The notes under the pieces were generated by a model, which had not been told where the DNA came from, ran no database searches, and worked only from the letters and a program-made list of their open reading frames with translations. Position numbers and translations under genes: made by a program. Shown one piece after another: positions 7,665 through 16,558 of a stretch of 26,774 bases of DNA (position 1 is its first letter; each line of letters starts with the position of its first letter). Origin of the DNA: Acidobacteriota bacterium (GTDB lineage: Bacteria; Acidobacteriota; Vicinamibacteria; Vicinamibacterales; 2-12-FULL-66-21); NCBI GenBank assembly GCA_013817065.1, contig JACDDJ010000001.1, positions 1-26,774 of the forward strand, written 5' to 3'.

Positions 7665-9128
7665 CTACTTGTCCGCGAGCGGCTTGCCGTCGGCGTCGAA
7701 TACTTCGAGCGTCCCCTTCTTCGCGAGCGCCGCTGAAATGGCGGGCGCGTCACCGACGGCAACGATGTGCAGACGCGCGGGATCCCAGTATTTGCGTGTC
7801 GCGGCCTGTGCCTGCGCCGCCGTGACGGCGGCGATCCGGGCTGGGTAGGTATCCCAGGAGTCCGCCGGCAAGCCATGGGTCCAGCTCTGGACGTAGTAGT
7901 TGAGGATGGCGGCGGGGTTCTCCAGTGAGAGCGCGAACGACGCCTGGAGCGCTCGCTTCGCATCCTCGAACTCGCTTGCGGGCACGGGCTTGTCGCGCAT
8001 CTCGGCGATCTCCGCGAGCAGGTCGGTGAGCGCGGCTTCTGTCACCGCCGTCCTGACGGACGTCGATGCCGACCAGTCGCCGCGATACTGCTGCGCGGAG
8101 AAGTTGCTGCCAATCCCGTAGGTGTAGCCCTTCTCTTCGCGCAGATGCCGGAACAGCCGCCCCATTGTCCCGCCGAGGACGCGGTTGGCGACGGTCAGCG
8201 CTTCGTAGTCGGGATCGAGGCGCGTCATGGACGGTCCCCCGACGCGCAGCGAGGTCTGGACTGAGCCGGGCCGAGCGATCAGTGTCACCTTCGGCGCCGC
8301 TGGCGCGGGTGGCGCAGTCACGGTGGGCTTCGGGACGCCCGCCTTCTTCCATCCGCCAAGCTGTGCCTCGACCTTCTTCCGCGCTTCGGCGAGCGAGATG
8401 TCCCCGGCAAAGGCGATCAGCGCGTGATCGGGGACGTAGTGGGTGCGGTGAAAGTCCACCATGGCGTCGCGCGTGATCGCGTCGAGCCCTGCCGCCGTGA
8501 CGGTGGTCCGTCCTGCCGGATGATCCCCGTAGAGGATCTTGTTGTAGCGCTCGGTCGAGAGGAAGCCCGGGTTCGCGCGCTGCTGCACCAGTCCGCTCCT
8601 GGCCCGGGCCTTGGCCCGCTCCCATTCGGCAGGGAACGTCGGGTTCATCAGGACGTCCGCCGCGATCTCGAACACCTTGTCGAAGTTCTCGGTCAAGCTG
8701 CTGCCCGACACGGTGGCATTCTGGCTGGAGAGTCCGGCTCCCACTCCGACATTCGCCGCCAACGTTTCCAGTTCCTGCGCCATCTGCAGGGTGTTCCGCG
8801 TTTCGTTCCTTCGCGCATCATCTGCGCCGTGTACTGAGCGAGCCCGATCTTGTCGGCCGGATCGTAGTAGCCACCCGCGCCCGGGATGATCAGCTGAAAG
8901 CTGGATCTGCGGAAGGCTGCGATCCTCGACCACCATGATCTGAAGCCCGTTGGGCAAGGTGGCGGTCTGTGGTTTCGGGAGCTTGACCTTCAGGATCTCG
9001 CTGGAGATCGGGGCCTTGCCCTTCAGCACCATGCCGGACGTCGTTGGACCTTGTGGCGCCTGGGCCGCCAGTGTTGCGGTCACCAGGATCGGCATGACGC
9101 CGGCGAGCATCTTCTGTTGGAGATTCAT
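7665..9128 (-). CDS. M16 (pitrilysin) peptidase family, non-catalytic partner subunit, with two compensating frameshifts
   Basis: Signal peptide, [18 protein letters not shown]...[15 protein letters not shown]. Between about 8804 and 8896 the family-like sequence ([30 protein letters not shown]) is in another frame. Confidence 0.88.
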   Translation of the reverse strand: MNLQQKMLAGVMPILVTATLAAQAPQGPTTSGMVLKGKAPISSEILKVKLPKPQTATLPNGLQIMVVEDRSLPQIQLSADHPGRGWLLRSGRQDRARSVHGADDARRNETRNTLQMAQELETLAANVGVGAGLSSQNATVSGSSLTENFDKVFEIAADVLMNPTFPAEWERAKARARSGLVQQRANPGFLSTERYNKILYGDHPAGRTTVTAAGLDAITRDAMVDFHRTHYVPDHALIAFAGDISLAEARKKVEAQLGGWKKAGVPKPTVTAPPAPAAPKVTLIARPGSVQTSLRVGGPSMTRLDPDYEALTVANRVLGGTMGRLFRHLREEKGYTYGIGSNFSAQQYRGDWSASTSVRTAVTEAALTDLLAEIAEMRDKPVPASEFEDAKRALQASFALSLENPAAILNYYVQSWTHGLPADSWDTYPARIAAVTAAQAQAATRKYWDPARLHIVAVGDAPAISAALAKKGTLEVFDADGKPLADK

Positions 9129-10009
9129 TACTCCACCCCCTTCGCCGCCGCGGCCTTTGGCGTCGTCACGATCACGGTGCGGTTGGTCGTGACCAGATAT
9201 TTCTTCGCGACGCGCTGGACGTCCGCCGCGGTGACTTTCGCGATCGATGCGGCGCGCGTGTTGATGCGGCCCGGATCGGCGAACGCGAGCGCATTCTCGG
9301 AGAGCTGGATGGCGCGGTTCAGCGTGCTCCCGAGTCCGCCGATGAAATTCGCTCGAGCGGAGTTGCGCGCCTTCTGCAGTTCCCAGTCGGCGATCGGCGC
9401 AGACTGGATTTTCGCGATCTCTTCTTCGATGGCGGCCTCGAGCTCCGCGGGCGTCTTGCCCGGCAGCGGCGTGCCGCCGAACTGGAAGAGGCCGGGGCCG
9501 CGCGACAGGGAAGCGAACCCGCTCACGCCGCTCGACAGCTGTTTCTGCCGGACGATCGACTCGTAGAGCCGCGCACTCCGGCCTCCCGACAGGATCGACG
9601 CCAGCACCGACAGCGCATCCGCGTCAGGCGAACCGGCGGGCGGGATCTTGTAAGCCATGTCCAGTCGCGGCAGGCGTGCCAGCGGATCCTCGATCGTTGC
9701 CCGCCGTTCTTCCGTCTGTGGCGGCTCGGTCATATCGACCGGCGGCGGCTGCGGCTGTGAAGGGATGGCGCCGAAGTACTTGCGGACCTTCTCGAGCGTG
9801 GTCTTGGTGTCGACGTCACCGACGATCGCGACGACCGCGTTGTTCGGCGCGTAGTAGGTCTTGAAAAACGCCGCCACATCGTCCACCGTTGCGGCGCTGA
9901 GGTCCTCCATCGACCCGATCACGCTGTGCTCGTAGGCGAAGTTGTCGTAGGCGAGCTCGTCGAGTGCGAGCGAGGTTTTGCCGTACGGCTGGTTGTCGAC
10001 GCCGAGCCG
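9128..10009 (-). pseudogene. M16 peptidase catalytic-type subunit missing its N-terminal region (signal peptide and HxxEH)
   Basis: Homology begins abruptly at RLGVDNQPYG and continues YEHSVIGSMEDL, FFKTYYAPNNA, GGRSARLY. The stop overlaps the next start (TAATG). Confidence 0.8.
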
Positions 10010-10027
10010 GGGCGCGTGCGTTCCGGC

Positions 10028-10057
10028 AGTATAGCGCCGCAGCCGCCAGCACATAAT
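10028..10057. promoter_or_regulatory. Divergent -10 hexamers: TATACT (- strand, 10028-10033) for the M16 operon and CATAAT (+ strand, 10052-10057) for dinB
   Basis: Same geometry as 5195-5223. CATAAT is 5 nt before the DinB ATG. Confidence 0.5.
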
Positions 10058-10062
10058 GCTTC

Positions 10063-10569
10063 ATGGTTCAGCGACCACCTGAAGTCTGGATGCGCGGGGC
10101 GATCCCCGGCTACCCGGCGCTGCTGCAGCCGGTAGTCCACTCGCTGCTGCAATCGCTCGAGGAGGTCCAGCGGCACATCGCGTCGGTCGATCCGGAACGG
10201 CTGTGGGCACGTCCGCACGGCGCCGCGTCGGCCGGTTACCACGTGGGTCACGCCGCCGGCAGCCTCGATCGGTTGCTCACGTACGCACGCGGCGAGCAGT
10301 TGTCGGCGGCGCAATTCGCCGCCTTGAAGCAGGAAGGCGAGCCCGACATGGCGCCGGACGCTGCAATACGACTGGCCGATGAATTCGCGCGAGCGATCGA
10401 GCGAGGACTCGCGCAGGTGAGCGAGACGTCCGAGTGGACGCTCGGCGAACCGCGTGCCGTCGGCCGGGCGCAACTGCCGTCCACCGTTCTCGGCCTGCTG
10501 TTCCACGCCGCCGAACACACGCAGCGGCACATGGGCCAGATGGTCATCACGCTGAAGATCGTCGGCTGA
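10063..10569 (+). CDS. DinB family protein (DinB/YfiT-like four-helix metal-binding fold)
   Basis: PEVWMRG N-terminus, LWARPHGAASAGYHVGH and HAAEHTQRHMGQ His motifs. Confidence 0.88.
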   Translation: MVQRPPEVWMRGAIPGYPALLQPVVHSLLQSLEEVQRHIASVDPERLWARPHGAASAGYHVGHAAGSLDRLLTYARGEQLSAAQFAALKQEGEPDMAPDAAIRLADEFARAIERGLAQVSETSEWTLGEPRAVGRAQLPSTVLGLLFHAAEHTQRHMGQMVITLKIVG

Positions 10570-10579
10570 GCCGTCCGTC

Positions 10580-13237
10580 CTACGCCTCCTTCAATGCGTC
10601 GGTTGGCTGGATGCGCAGCGCTCGTCGTGCCGGCTCGACACACGCCAGCAACCCGACGACGAGCATCACGGCGGACGTCGCTGCGAGCACGCTCGACACT
10701 GTCGCCAGATCGACCTCGGTCGAGAGGGTCACGATGGTAATCAGCACGGCGTTCCCGGCCGCGATGCCGCTGCCGACCAGGATGAGCGCGCGCGCAAAGA
10801 TGCCGCGCAACAGCCGCGCCGGTGACGCGCCGAGAGCGGCGCGAAGGCCGATCTCGCGGGTCCGCCGCGCGACACTCACGGACATCAGCGAGAAGATCCC
10901 GGCCGCGGACAGGAAGAGGCCAAGGACGACGACAGTGGTGATCGCACCTGCCGCGACCATCGCCGGAACGTCGACGCGCCACGCGAGATCTTCGACAGAA
11001 CGCAGGTCATCCAGCCGCAGTCCGGGATCGACCGCGGCGGCGATGACCCTGAGGCGCGGCGCCAGCGCCGCCGGATCCCCGGCGCTCCGCACGCCCATGA
11101 CCAGCGGATACGCGGTCGCTGCCGCCACCGGTCGAAACAGATACGGCGCCTCACCAAGGTCGGTCGGGGTCATTCCAATGTCGCGGACGACACCGACGAT
11201 CTCGAGCCAGGGCTGGGGGTTGGCCGGATCGGAGCTCGCGTAGCGGACGCGGCGGCCAACAGGCGTTCCACCCTGGACGTAGCGACGCGCGAAGGCTTCG
11301 TTGACCATCACCGTGCGCGCGTCGGTGACGCGATCACCGTCGTGGAAGGTGCGTCCGCCAACGAGCGGAATCTCGAACGCTTCGAAGAAGCCGGGGCCTA
11401 CCGAATTGGTCCAGAGACTGGCGATCTCCAGCACCTCCGCACCCGGCGCCGCCTCGAACTCCGCCCTTCGCACCGCCGCTCCCATGCCCGGCATGCGATC
11501 ACCGAAAGTAATCGCTACGACATCTGGTTCCTCCGCAACGCGGCGCGCGAACTCGCTGTAGGTCTGCTCGAGTCGCTTCGCGAAGACGTCCGGAGCCTCG
11601 TCGCCTGCGGCGCTGGCCTCGCGATCGAGTCCGACCCTGGCGGCCAGGTATCGCTCGCCCGGGAACTGCTCGCGGATCCTGCGGTCGCGCAGCGCCTCGC
11701 TCGTGATCCCCAGTGCGGGGGGAATGCAGATGACGGTCAACGCCACCTGCACGATCATCACCGTCGTCCAGCCCCAGCCGAAACGCAGCGTCGAGCCACC
11801 TGCCCCGAGGTTACGCAGTTGCGCCTGCACCCCTGTACCGGTCACCTTCAGCGCGGGGAGTACGCCGAGCAGCGCGGCGCCCGCGACAGTGAGGAGACCA
11901 GCGTAGAGGACGGTCGTGAACTTCAGCCCCGGGTTCACCCAGAAGGGCATCGCACCCCCCTGGCCGGCGTAATACGCCGTCATGCCCCACTTGACGGCGA
12001 AGTTTGCGCCGACGAGTCCGACGACCGCGGCGATTGCGGCAAGCACCAGTGCTTCGACGAAGAGTTGCGAGATGATCCGGCCGCGGCTGGCACCAAGCGC
12101 GTAGCGCATCGAGATCTCGGCGTCCCGCGTCGCGGTGCGCGCGTAAATCAGCGTGCCGACGTTCATGCACGCGACGACGAGAACAAGCAGGATCGGGAGG
12201 TGAGTGACGGCGAGCTCCAGCCAGGTCTTGTCGCCAGGAGATTCGCCTCCGTAGGCGAGCACACGTGGGCGAAGGTGCTCGTGCGTGCGTGGACTGGCCT
12301 GCGCGGTTCGCTCGACGAGGGCCGTGACCTCGGTGTTGGCCTGCGCCTGCGTGGCGCCCGGCGCGAGACGCCCGAACACCCGGATGGCAACGCCTTCGAG
12401 CGGCGCGTAGCCGGACGGCTGAAGCGGCAGCGGAATCCAGAAACGATGGTTGATCGGGAACGTGAAGCCTTCCGGCATCACGCCGACGACCGTCGTCGTC
12501 GTCCGCCCCAGCTGGATGGTCTCGCCGATCGCGTCCGTGCGTCCGCCGAAACGCTGTCGCCACAGGTCGTAGCCGAGCACCGCGACCGGCTCAGCGCCCG
12601 GTTGTTCATCCGCCTCGAGGAGTGGCCGGCCGACCAGCGGCGCGACTCGCACCAGCCGGAACGCTGACGCGGTGATCTCCGCACCGGTGACGGGATCCGC
12701 CTGGGCGTCGCCGAGGACGAGGTTTCGCTCGATCGAGCGGTACGCACCGAGCTCCTCGATCGACTGGACGTCGCGGCGCCAGGTGAGAAAGTCGTGCAGC
12801 AGCCGCCGTTCGTCTTCACTCGCGACCGCGTTCCGCATCTCGACCTCGACGATGCGGTGGCCTTCGGGGAGGGGAAGATTGGGGCGGAGAAAGTCTCGCG
12901 TGAGGTCGTACCAGCCGGCGCCGATGCCGATGGCGATGGCGAGGGCGAGCCCGCCGGCGAGCGTCAGGCCTGGATACTTCACGAGCATCCGCCAGCCGAG
13001 TTTGTAATCCTGCACGAGACTGCTCCTCTTGTTGGTGCGAAACCGGTCGGCCCGGGTGCGCGCGATCGCGGCGACCATGTCCAGCGTGTCGATTGCGCTC
13101 AGCATGCGAGCCGCCGCGGCGCCGTGGCGCTGGAGGCGCCGGTGCCTGGACTCCTCGAGGTCGCCGAGGACGTCTTCGGCCTCGCCACGTGGGGCGGCGA
13201 TTCGCACCAGCACGCGAGCCCAACCAGGCGCTCTCAC
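10580..13237 (-). CDS. Orphan duplicated MacB/FtsX-type ABC permease (ADOP-like)
   Basis: Two MacB periplasmic plus FtsX halves (RDAEISMRYALGASRGRII; RTREIGLRAALGAS), C-terminal PARRALRIQPTDALKEA, no ATPase gene adjacent. The GTG start overlaps the PadR stop (GTGA). Confidence 0.92.
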   Translation of the reverse strand: MRAPGWARVLVRIAAPRGEAEDVLGDLEESRHRRLQRHGAAAARMLSAIDTLDMVAAIARTRADRFRTNKRSSLVQDYKLGWRMLVKYPGLTLAGGLALAIAIGIGAGWYDLTRDFLRPNLPLPEGHRIVEVEMRNAVASEDERRLLHDFLTWRRDVQSIEELGAYRSIERNLVLGDAQADPVTGAEITASAFRLVRVAPLVGRPLLEADEQPGAEPVAVLGYDLWRQRFGGRTDAIGETIQLGRTTTTVVGVMPEGFTFPINHRFWIPLPLQPSGYAPLEGVAIRVFGRLAPGATQAQANTEVTALVERTAQASPRTHEHLRPRVLAYGGESPGDKTWLELAVTHLPILLVLVVACMNVGTLIYARTATRDAEISMRYALGASRGRIISQLFVEALVLAAIAAVVGLVGANFAVKWGMTAYYAGQGGAMPFWVNPGLKFTTVLYAGLLTVAGAALLGVLPALKVTGTGVQAQLRNLGAGGSTLRFGWGWTTVMIVQVALTVICIPPALGITSEALRDRRIREQFPGERYLAARVGLDREASAAGDEAPDVFAKRLEQTYSEFARRVAEEPDVVAITFGDRMPGMGAAVRRAEFEAAPGAEVLEIASLWTNSVGPGFFEAFEIPLVGGRTFHDGDRVTDARTVMVNEAFARRYVQGGTPVGRRVRYASSDPANPQPWLEIVGVVRDIGMTPTDLGEAPYLFRPVAAATAYPLVMGVRSAGDPAALAPRLRVIAAAVDPGLRLDDLRSVEDLAWRVDVPAMVAAGAITTVVVLGLFLSAAGIFSLMSVSVARRTREIGLRAALGASPARLLRGIFARALILVGSGIAAGNAVLITIVTLSTEVDLATVSSVLAATSAVMLVVGLLACVEPARRALRIQPTDALKEA

Positions 13238-13578
13238 CCCGCCTCCCTGGTGATCTCGGCGAGATCTCCAACCATCGCCTGGATCGCACCGGCAGTCGCG
13301 CGGACCGAGGCCACACCGGCGGGGCGGACACTCACGAGCCGTCGCGGCTTGCCGCCACGCTCTGCCCTCGCTTCACCAAGCCTCGTCGTCACCAGCCGCT
13401 TGGCTTCGAGCCGCTGGAGCGTGGTGTAGACGTTGGCGCGCCGAACCGAACGCCCGGTGCGCTCCTCGATGTGGTCAGCGATGGAAACGGTGTAAGCCTC
13501 GTCGGGGCCCAGGCGAAGGGCGGCGAGCAGTACGAGCAGCTCGAATTCGGCGAGGGACTGGGGAGAGTGCTTGGCCAT
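13234..13578 (-). CDS. PadR family transcriptional regulator
   Basis: LAEFELLVLLAALRL, VYTTLQRLEAKRLV, RGGKPRR wing motif; coupled to the permease. Confidence 0.93.
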   Translation of the reverse strand: MAKHSPQSLAEFELLVLLAALRLGPDEAYTVSIADHIEERTGRSVRRANVYTTLQRLEAKRLVTTRLGEARAERGGKPRRLVSVRPAGVASVRATAGAIQAMVGDLAEITREAG

Positions 13579-13581
13579 TTA

Positions 13582-13616
13582 AGTCACTATGTGACTATAC
13601 GGGCTGCCGTTGTCAA
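13582..13616 (-). promoter_or_regulatory. padR promoter (TTGACA at 13611-13616) with palindromic operator AGTCAC-tat-GTGACT (13582-13596)
   Basis: Perfect 6-3-6 inverted repeat 3 nt upstream of the ATG, overlapping the candidate -10 hexamers CATAGT/TATAGT. Confidence 0.65.
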
Positions 13617-13678
13617 GGTTCCCTCGCGGATGCGAGGAACGAGTGCGCGTACAGGCCGAGGGCCGGGAACATTGATGC

Positions 13679-14185
13679 TCACGGCCCTTGGCGACCTGCG
13701 TAGGCGCGCTTCAGCTCATTGAGATCGAGCTTCTTCATCTGCATCATCGCGCTCATCGCGCGTGATGCGGCCTCGGACTCCGGGTCCTTCAGCATGTCCT
13801 GCATGCCGTCGGGAACCACCTGCCATGACAGCCCGAACTTGTCCTTGAGCCATCCACACTGCTGCGCTTTTGGATCGCCGCCCGCGGTCAGCTTCTGCCA
13901 GTAATAGTCGACCTCGTCCTGCGTCTCGCAGATGATCTGGAACGACACCGCTTCGTTGAACGTGAAGACGGGGCCGCCGTTTAGCGCGGTGAACCGCACG
14001 CCGTTCAGATCGAAGTCGACCGTCATCACGCTCCCGGCCGGGCGGTGATGCACCTCGAAGCCGGCTGTCCCGTAGCGAGTGATGCTGACGATCTTCGAAT
14101 CCTTGAAGATCGAGGTGTAGAAGTTGGCTGCCTGCTCTGCCTGGTCTGCGAACCACAGGCAGGGCGAAATCCGCGTAATTTTCAT
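13679..14185 (-). CDS. VOC family protein (PhnB / 3-demethylubiquinone-9 3-methyltransferase-like)
   Basis: ISPCLWFADQAEQAANFY, FTALNGGP, FNEAVSF, QCGWLKDKFGLSWQVVP; AAGGAGG RBS. Confidence 0.93.
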   Translation of the reverse strand: MKITRISPCLWFADQAEQAANFYTSIFKDSKIVSITRYGTAGFEVHHRPAGSVMTVDFDLNGVRFTALNGGPVFTFNEAVSFQIICETQDEVDYYWQKLTAGGDPKAQQCGWLKDKFGLSWQVVPDGMQDMLKDPESEAASRAMSAMMQMKKLDLNELKRAYAGRQGP

Positions 14186-14204
14186 CGTTGAATCGTTCCT
14201 CCTT

Positions 14205-14219
14205 GACCGATAGTCGGTC
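14205..14219. promoter_or_regulatory. Inverted repeat GACCGA-tag-TCGGTC immediately upstream of the VOC RBS
   Basis: Perfect 6-3-6 palindrome. Confidence 0.4.
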
Positions 14220-14270
14220 GGAGGCGGTCCGAATCGACAACCAGTGCGTGCGCCGGGCGAGATAATCCAG

Positions 14271-15275
14271 CTACTGCAGCGTGAAGTTAACCGTGACGGT
14301 TATGATCACCGGCACCGGCGCGCCGTTGAGCACCGTCGGCTGGAACCGCCATTGCTTGACCGCGTCCAGTGCCGCCTGGTCCAGCATCGGGATCGATCGC
14401 AGGACCCTGGCGTCGGAGACGTTCCCTTCAGCGTCGATCATTACTTCAATGATGACCATCCCGGATACGCGGGCGTCCTGCGCCTCCTGCGGATAGACCG
14501 GGCTTACGTGCTGGACTTTCGCCGGTGTCTTGATGATGCTACCGACGCGAACCGGCGCACCCGGCGCAGGTAGCGGTGGCGGGACCGGCGCTCCGGTCTG
14601 CATGGGGGTCCCCTGGCTCGGACGCAACTGCATGGCCTGCGTGCGCCAGGCGTCCGCTTCGGCGATCAAGGCGTCACGCCGCGCCGGATCGGGTTCGTGC
14701 TGTGCCTTCATGCGGAGCAGGATGTTCTTGTAGGTCATGGCATCCGCGAAGTCGGCCTTCTGCGCCAGGGCCCGGTCCGTCGCCGCGAGACCGCCATCAA
14801 TGTAGGTGAGCTTCTCGGCCGGCGTGAGTGAGTGGTCCTTGAACGCCTTTTCCCAGTAGTAGGTGGCGACCAGATGGTGGCCCAGCGGATCGATTGGATT
14901 CAGGTCGGCGGCGGCCTGCAGTGCTTCGATCGACTTGTCGAATTGCGCCTGGCGCGTGTAGAAGCTGGCCGCGGCAGTCAGCACCCGCCGGTCGGGACCG
15001 ACGGCAGCCGCCTGTGCCGCCTTGAACGTCCTCTCGACCTCGTCGACGGCCCCACGCGCTTCCTGGAGCGTCGCGAGCTCGAGCCAGTTCGCGACGTTGG
15101 CCGGATCGCTGACCGTAGCCGCCTTGAGTTCCACCTCCCGTTGAGTTTCCGGTCGCGCCACCTCGGTGCGTGGATCGCGGGGTTGCTGCGCGGCCAGCAG
15201 CCCGGGGGCAACGAAGAGTGCAAGTGCGAAGGCGGTGGATCGGACGACTGCTGCGGTGTCTGGTGACGACATCAC
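14271..15275 (-). CDS. TPR-containing protein with C-terminal TonB domain
   Basis: Signal peptide, TPR-like helices, Pro-rich linker (PVPPPLPAPGAP), TonB-C (PVYPQEA...SGMVIIEVMIDAEGNV...LDQAALDAVKQWRFQP); GAGGAGG RBS. Confidence 0.9.
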   Translation of the reverse strand: MMSSPDTAAVVRSTAFALALFVAPGLLAAQQPRDPRTEVARPETQREVELKAATVSDPANVANWLELATLQEARGAVDEVERTFKAAQAAAVGPDRRVLTAAASFYTRQAQFDKSIEALQAAADLNPIDPLGHHLVATYYWEKAFKDHSLTPAEKLTYIDGGLAATDRALAQKADFADAMTYKNILLRMKAQHEPDPARRDALIAEADAWRTQAMQLRPSQGTPMQTGAPVPPPLPAPGAPVRVGSIIKTPAKVQHVSPVYPQEAQDARVSGMVIIEVMIDAEGNVSDARVLRSIPMLDQAALDAVKQWRFQPTVLNGAPVPVIITVTVNFTLQ

Positions 15276-15333
15276 GGCCTCCTCTAGAATGCGGAATGCG
15301 GGAATACGGTGCGCGCCGCGCGCGGTCAGCCCA

Positions 15334-15364
15334 AGACTATCGGCCCGTGACGGATCTTTGTCAA
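15334..15364 (-). promoter_or_regulatory. Sigma70-type promoter for the TPR-TonB gene
   Basis: TTGACA at 15359-15364, with GATAGT at 17-nt spacing or TAGTCT at 19-nt spacing. Confidence 0.45.
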
Positions 15365-15411
15365 TTTCCCCTGGAGCTCAGAATGACGAACGATATGCCT
15401 TCGAGCGCCGC

Positions 15412-16485
15412 GTGACGCTGGGCGATCTTCGCCGCTTCGCGATCGCGCGCAGTCTCTTCGGGCCGGTGTCTCTCGCCCGGGCGGTCGACATCCTCGGCTT
15501 CGTCCAGGCAGACCCGATCCGGGCCCCGGCGCGCGCGCAGGACCTGACCCTCCGTCAGCGCGTCACCAACTACCGCGCCGGTGACCTCGAGGCGCGGTAC
15601 TCGAGCCTCGCTCTAGAAGAGGACGTGCTCGTCAACTACGGCTTTGTCTCGCACCGCGTTCACGCGCTGATGCATCCGCGGGCGCGGCTGAAGCTGCCCG
15701 CTACACCGCGAACACGATCACACAAACTGGTCGCGTTTGTCCGCGACAGCGGGGAGGTGCACCCTCGCGATGCCGACGCGCACTTCTCGCATGGGACGGT
15801 CACGAACTACTGGGGCGGTTCCTCGAACGCGACCACGCACCTGCTCGAGGAGCTGCACTACCGCGGCTGGTTGAGGGTCACGCGACGCGAGCGCGGGATC
15901 CGTCTGTATGGGTTCAGGGATATCGCGGCGGAGGACGCTGGACTCTCGCCGCGCGAGCGCCTCGACGCGCTGGTGGACGTCGTGGTGAAGAAGTACGGGC
16001 CACTGCCGGACCTGTCGCTTTCCTACGTCGTGCGCCGGCTGCGGTACGGCGTTCCGCAGCTGCGGGCGCACCTGCCCGGTGCGCTCGCGCGCGTTCGCCG
16101 CCGACTCCGGCACACAGAGATCGATGGCGTCAGGTGGTACTGGCCGGAAGGTGAGAGCGGCAAGCCGCCGGGAGCGAGCGACGACACCGTACGACTGCTC
16201 GCACCATTCGATCCCATCGTCTGGGATCGCCGTCGGTTCGAACTGTTCTGGGGGTGGCCGTACCGCTTCGAGGCCTACACGCCAGTGTCGATGCGGAGGT
16301 TCGGCTACTACGCGCTCCCGGTGCTGTGGCGCGACCGTGTGATCGGCTGGGCGAACCTGTCGCTCGTCGCCGGCGCGCTGCACGCCGAGTTCGGCTACGT
16401 CGAAGGGCCGCCGCGCGAACGGGTGTTCGCACGCGAGCTGGAAGCGGAGCTCGCGCACTTCCGCCGCTTCCTGAGGCTAGGCTGA
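15412..16485 (+). CDS. ycaQ: YcaQ-like (HTH_42/AlkZ superfamily) winged-helix DNA glycosylase
   Basis: GFVQADPIRAPARAQDL (QxD motif), LAPFDPIVWDRRRF, YRFEAYTP...RRFGYYALP. The likely start is GTG 15412 (MTLGDLRRFA), or ATG 15383 with a frameshift. Confidence 0.88.
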   Translation: MTLGDLRRFAIARSLFGPVSLARAVDILGFVQADPIRAPARAQDLTLRQRVTNYRAGDLEARYSSLALEEDVLVNYGFVSHRVHALMHPRARLKLPATPRTRSHKLVAFVRDSGEVHPRDADAHFSHGTVTNYWGGSSNATTHLLEELHYRGWLRVTRRERGIRLYGFRDIAAEDAGLSPRERLDALVDVVVKKYGPLPDLSLSYVVRRLRYGVPQLRAHLPGALARVRRRLRHTEIDGVRWYWPEGESGKPPGASDDTVRLLAPFDPIVWDRRRFELFWGWPYRFEAYTPVSMRRFGYYALPVLWRDRVIGWANLSLVAGALHAEFGYVEGPPRERVFARELEAELAHFRRFLRLG

Positions 16486-16486
16486 G

Positions 16487-16558
16487 GTGCTGTATCTCGT
16501 GTGCCTGTGGTTCTCGAGGTTCACGGCGCAGCGGAGCGCCTGGTGGGCGAGCTATCTC
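16487..16558 (+). pseudogene. Probable C-terminal remnant of a DUF1624-type membrane protein gene
   Basis: Reads VLYLVCLWFSRFTAQRSAWWASYL, resembling the recalled family C-terminus LYxxCxWFxxxxxRxxxWWxSYL. Confidence 0.4.

Noticed and set aside
9816-10064. MKHYVLAAAAL... as the signal peptide of the M16 subunit
   Set aside because: Its ATG overlaps the divergent dinB ATG (CATG), and it spans both candidate -10 boxes, so it is more likely promoter DNA read in reverse.
11342-12667. 441-aa + strand ORF
   Set aside because: Antisense shadow of the permease.
15166-15411. 82-aa N-terminal extension of YcaQ in the track
   Set aside because: It overlaps the divergent TonB gene start and promoter; family similarity begins at MTLGDLRRF.
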